Notes under the pieces: model-generated | What the model saw: the letters and a program-made list of their open reading frames with translations, nothing else | The model's database searches: none | What the model was told of the DNA's origin: nothing | Shown: positions 63,802-64,000 of the stretch, piece by piece | How positions within the stretch are numbered: the first letter of the stretch is position 1 | How the letters are laid out: the number at the start of each line of letters is the position of its first letter | Assembly: GCA_029211065.1 (NCBI GenBank) | Contig: JARGFK010000003.1 | Coordinates: 29,111-93,110, forward strand | Source: Desulfobacterales bacterium | GTDB lineage: Bacteria; Desulfobacterota; Desulfobacteria; Desulfobacterales; JARGFK01 | Length of the DNA stretch: 64,000 nucleotides | Direction of reading: 5' to 3' | Program-made: the position numbers and the translations under genes

Positions 63802-64000
63802 ATGGCTGAACTGTTATGGAAACCTTCACAGCAAAGAATTGAAAGTACGAACCTGTACCGGTTTATGGACGCGGTCAACACCCGGTATGGCCGTGAGTTT
63901 GTGGACTATGACGGGCTGTACGGATGGTCCATCGAGAATATTTCAGACTTCTGGGCGGCCATGTGGGATTTTGGCGGCATCATCGCTTCAAAGCCCTATA
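63802..64000 (+). CDS. Acetoacetyl-CoA synthetase (acetoacetate-CoA ligase), N-terminal fragment truncated by the window end
   Basis: My own translation: MAELLWKPSQQRIESTNLYRFMDAVNTRYGREFVDYDGLYGWSIENISDFWAAMWDFGGIIASKPY, the typical N-terminus of this family. RBS ACAGGAGGAAAAGG. Confidence 0.7.
   Translation, partial: MAELLWKPSQQRIESTNLYRFMDAVNTRYGREFVDYDGLYGWSIENISDFWAAMWDFGGIIASKPY

Noticed and set aside
1-64000. tRNA, rRNA, transposase, integrase or prophage genes
   Set aside because: None was recognised on either strand. This rests on visual inspection only, so small ncRNAs cannot be excluded.

Overview
Chromosomal window with about 60 genes. Gene content suggests an anaerobic Desulfobacterota (Desulfobacterales-like) bacterium: hcp with a Crp/Fnr regulator, sigma-54 control, TRAP/TctC transporters and characteristic REP-like hairpins. 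This taxonomic guess is inference only. No rRNA, tRNA, CRISPR array, transposase or integrase was recognised. All family calls come from motif recognition by eye; no BLAST or HMM search was run.

**Housekeeping and redox genes (1-37 kb).** Two molybdoenzyme genes are each broken by a single lesion: an in-frame TAA, and a +1 frameshift in a run of 8 G. The region also holds uvsE, a MoxR-DUF58-transglutaminase operon and truA. A DUF2318-FtsX-ABC-TlpA module follows, then an hcp nitrosative-stress island with a perfect TTGAC-N4-GTCAA operator.

**Type IV pilus / T2SS-like cluster (38.7-55.7 kb, minus strand).** Gene order is histidine kinase, receiver, HD-GYP, STAS, PilB-type ATPase, PilC, major pilin, three minor pilins, a PilX-like protein, PilM, PilN, PilO, PilP-like and secretin.

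**Ketone-body locus (57.9-64 kb).** A sigma-54-controlled 3-hydroxybutyrate/acetoacetate locus: enhancer-binding protein, SDR, TRAP transporter and acetoacetyl-CoA synthetase.

**Most unusual observation.** Seven intergenic arrays built from a 9-nt unit (ATGCCTAAA and its complement TTTAGGCAT) occur only inside the pilus cluster.
- Two of the arrays flank an intact four-helix-bundle (23S rRNA IVS / Avd-family) gene sitting between pilin genes.
- That gene's own start codons are repeat units.
- Two arrays (D, F) carry clear truncated copies of that gene's 5' end, two (A, B) look like deletion derivatives of F, and two (C, G) share only a short motif.
- This looks like a small cassette plus internally deleted, MITE-like derivatives. 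One of them now supplies the only available start codons of the downstream PilX-like ORF.

**Other points in the cluster.** The ATPase carries both halves of the MshEN c-di-GMP-binding motif. A minor pilin contains a strongly acidic, Ca-binding-like insertion. A cyclase and the HD-GYP protein share one paralogous sensor module and bracket the cluster.
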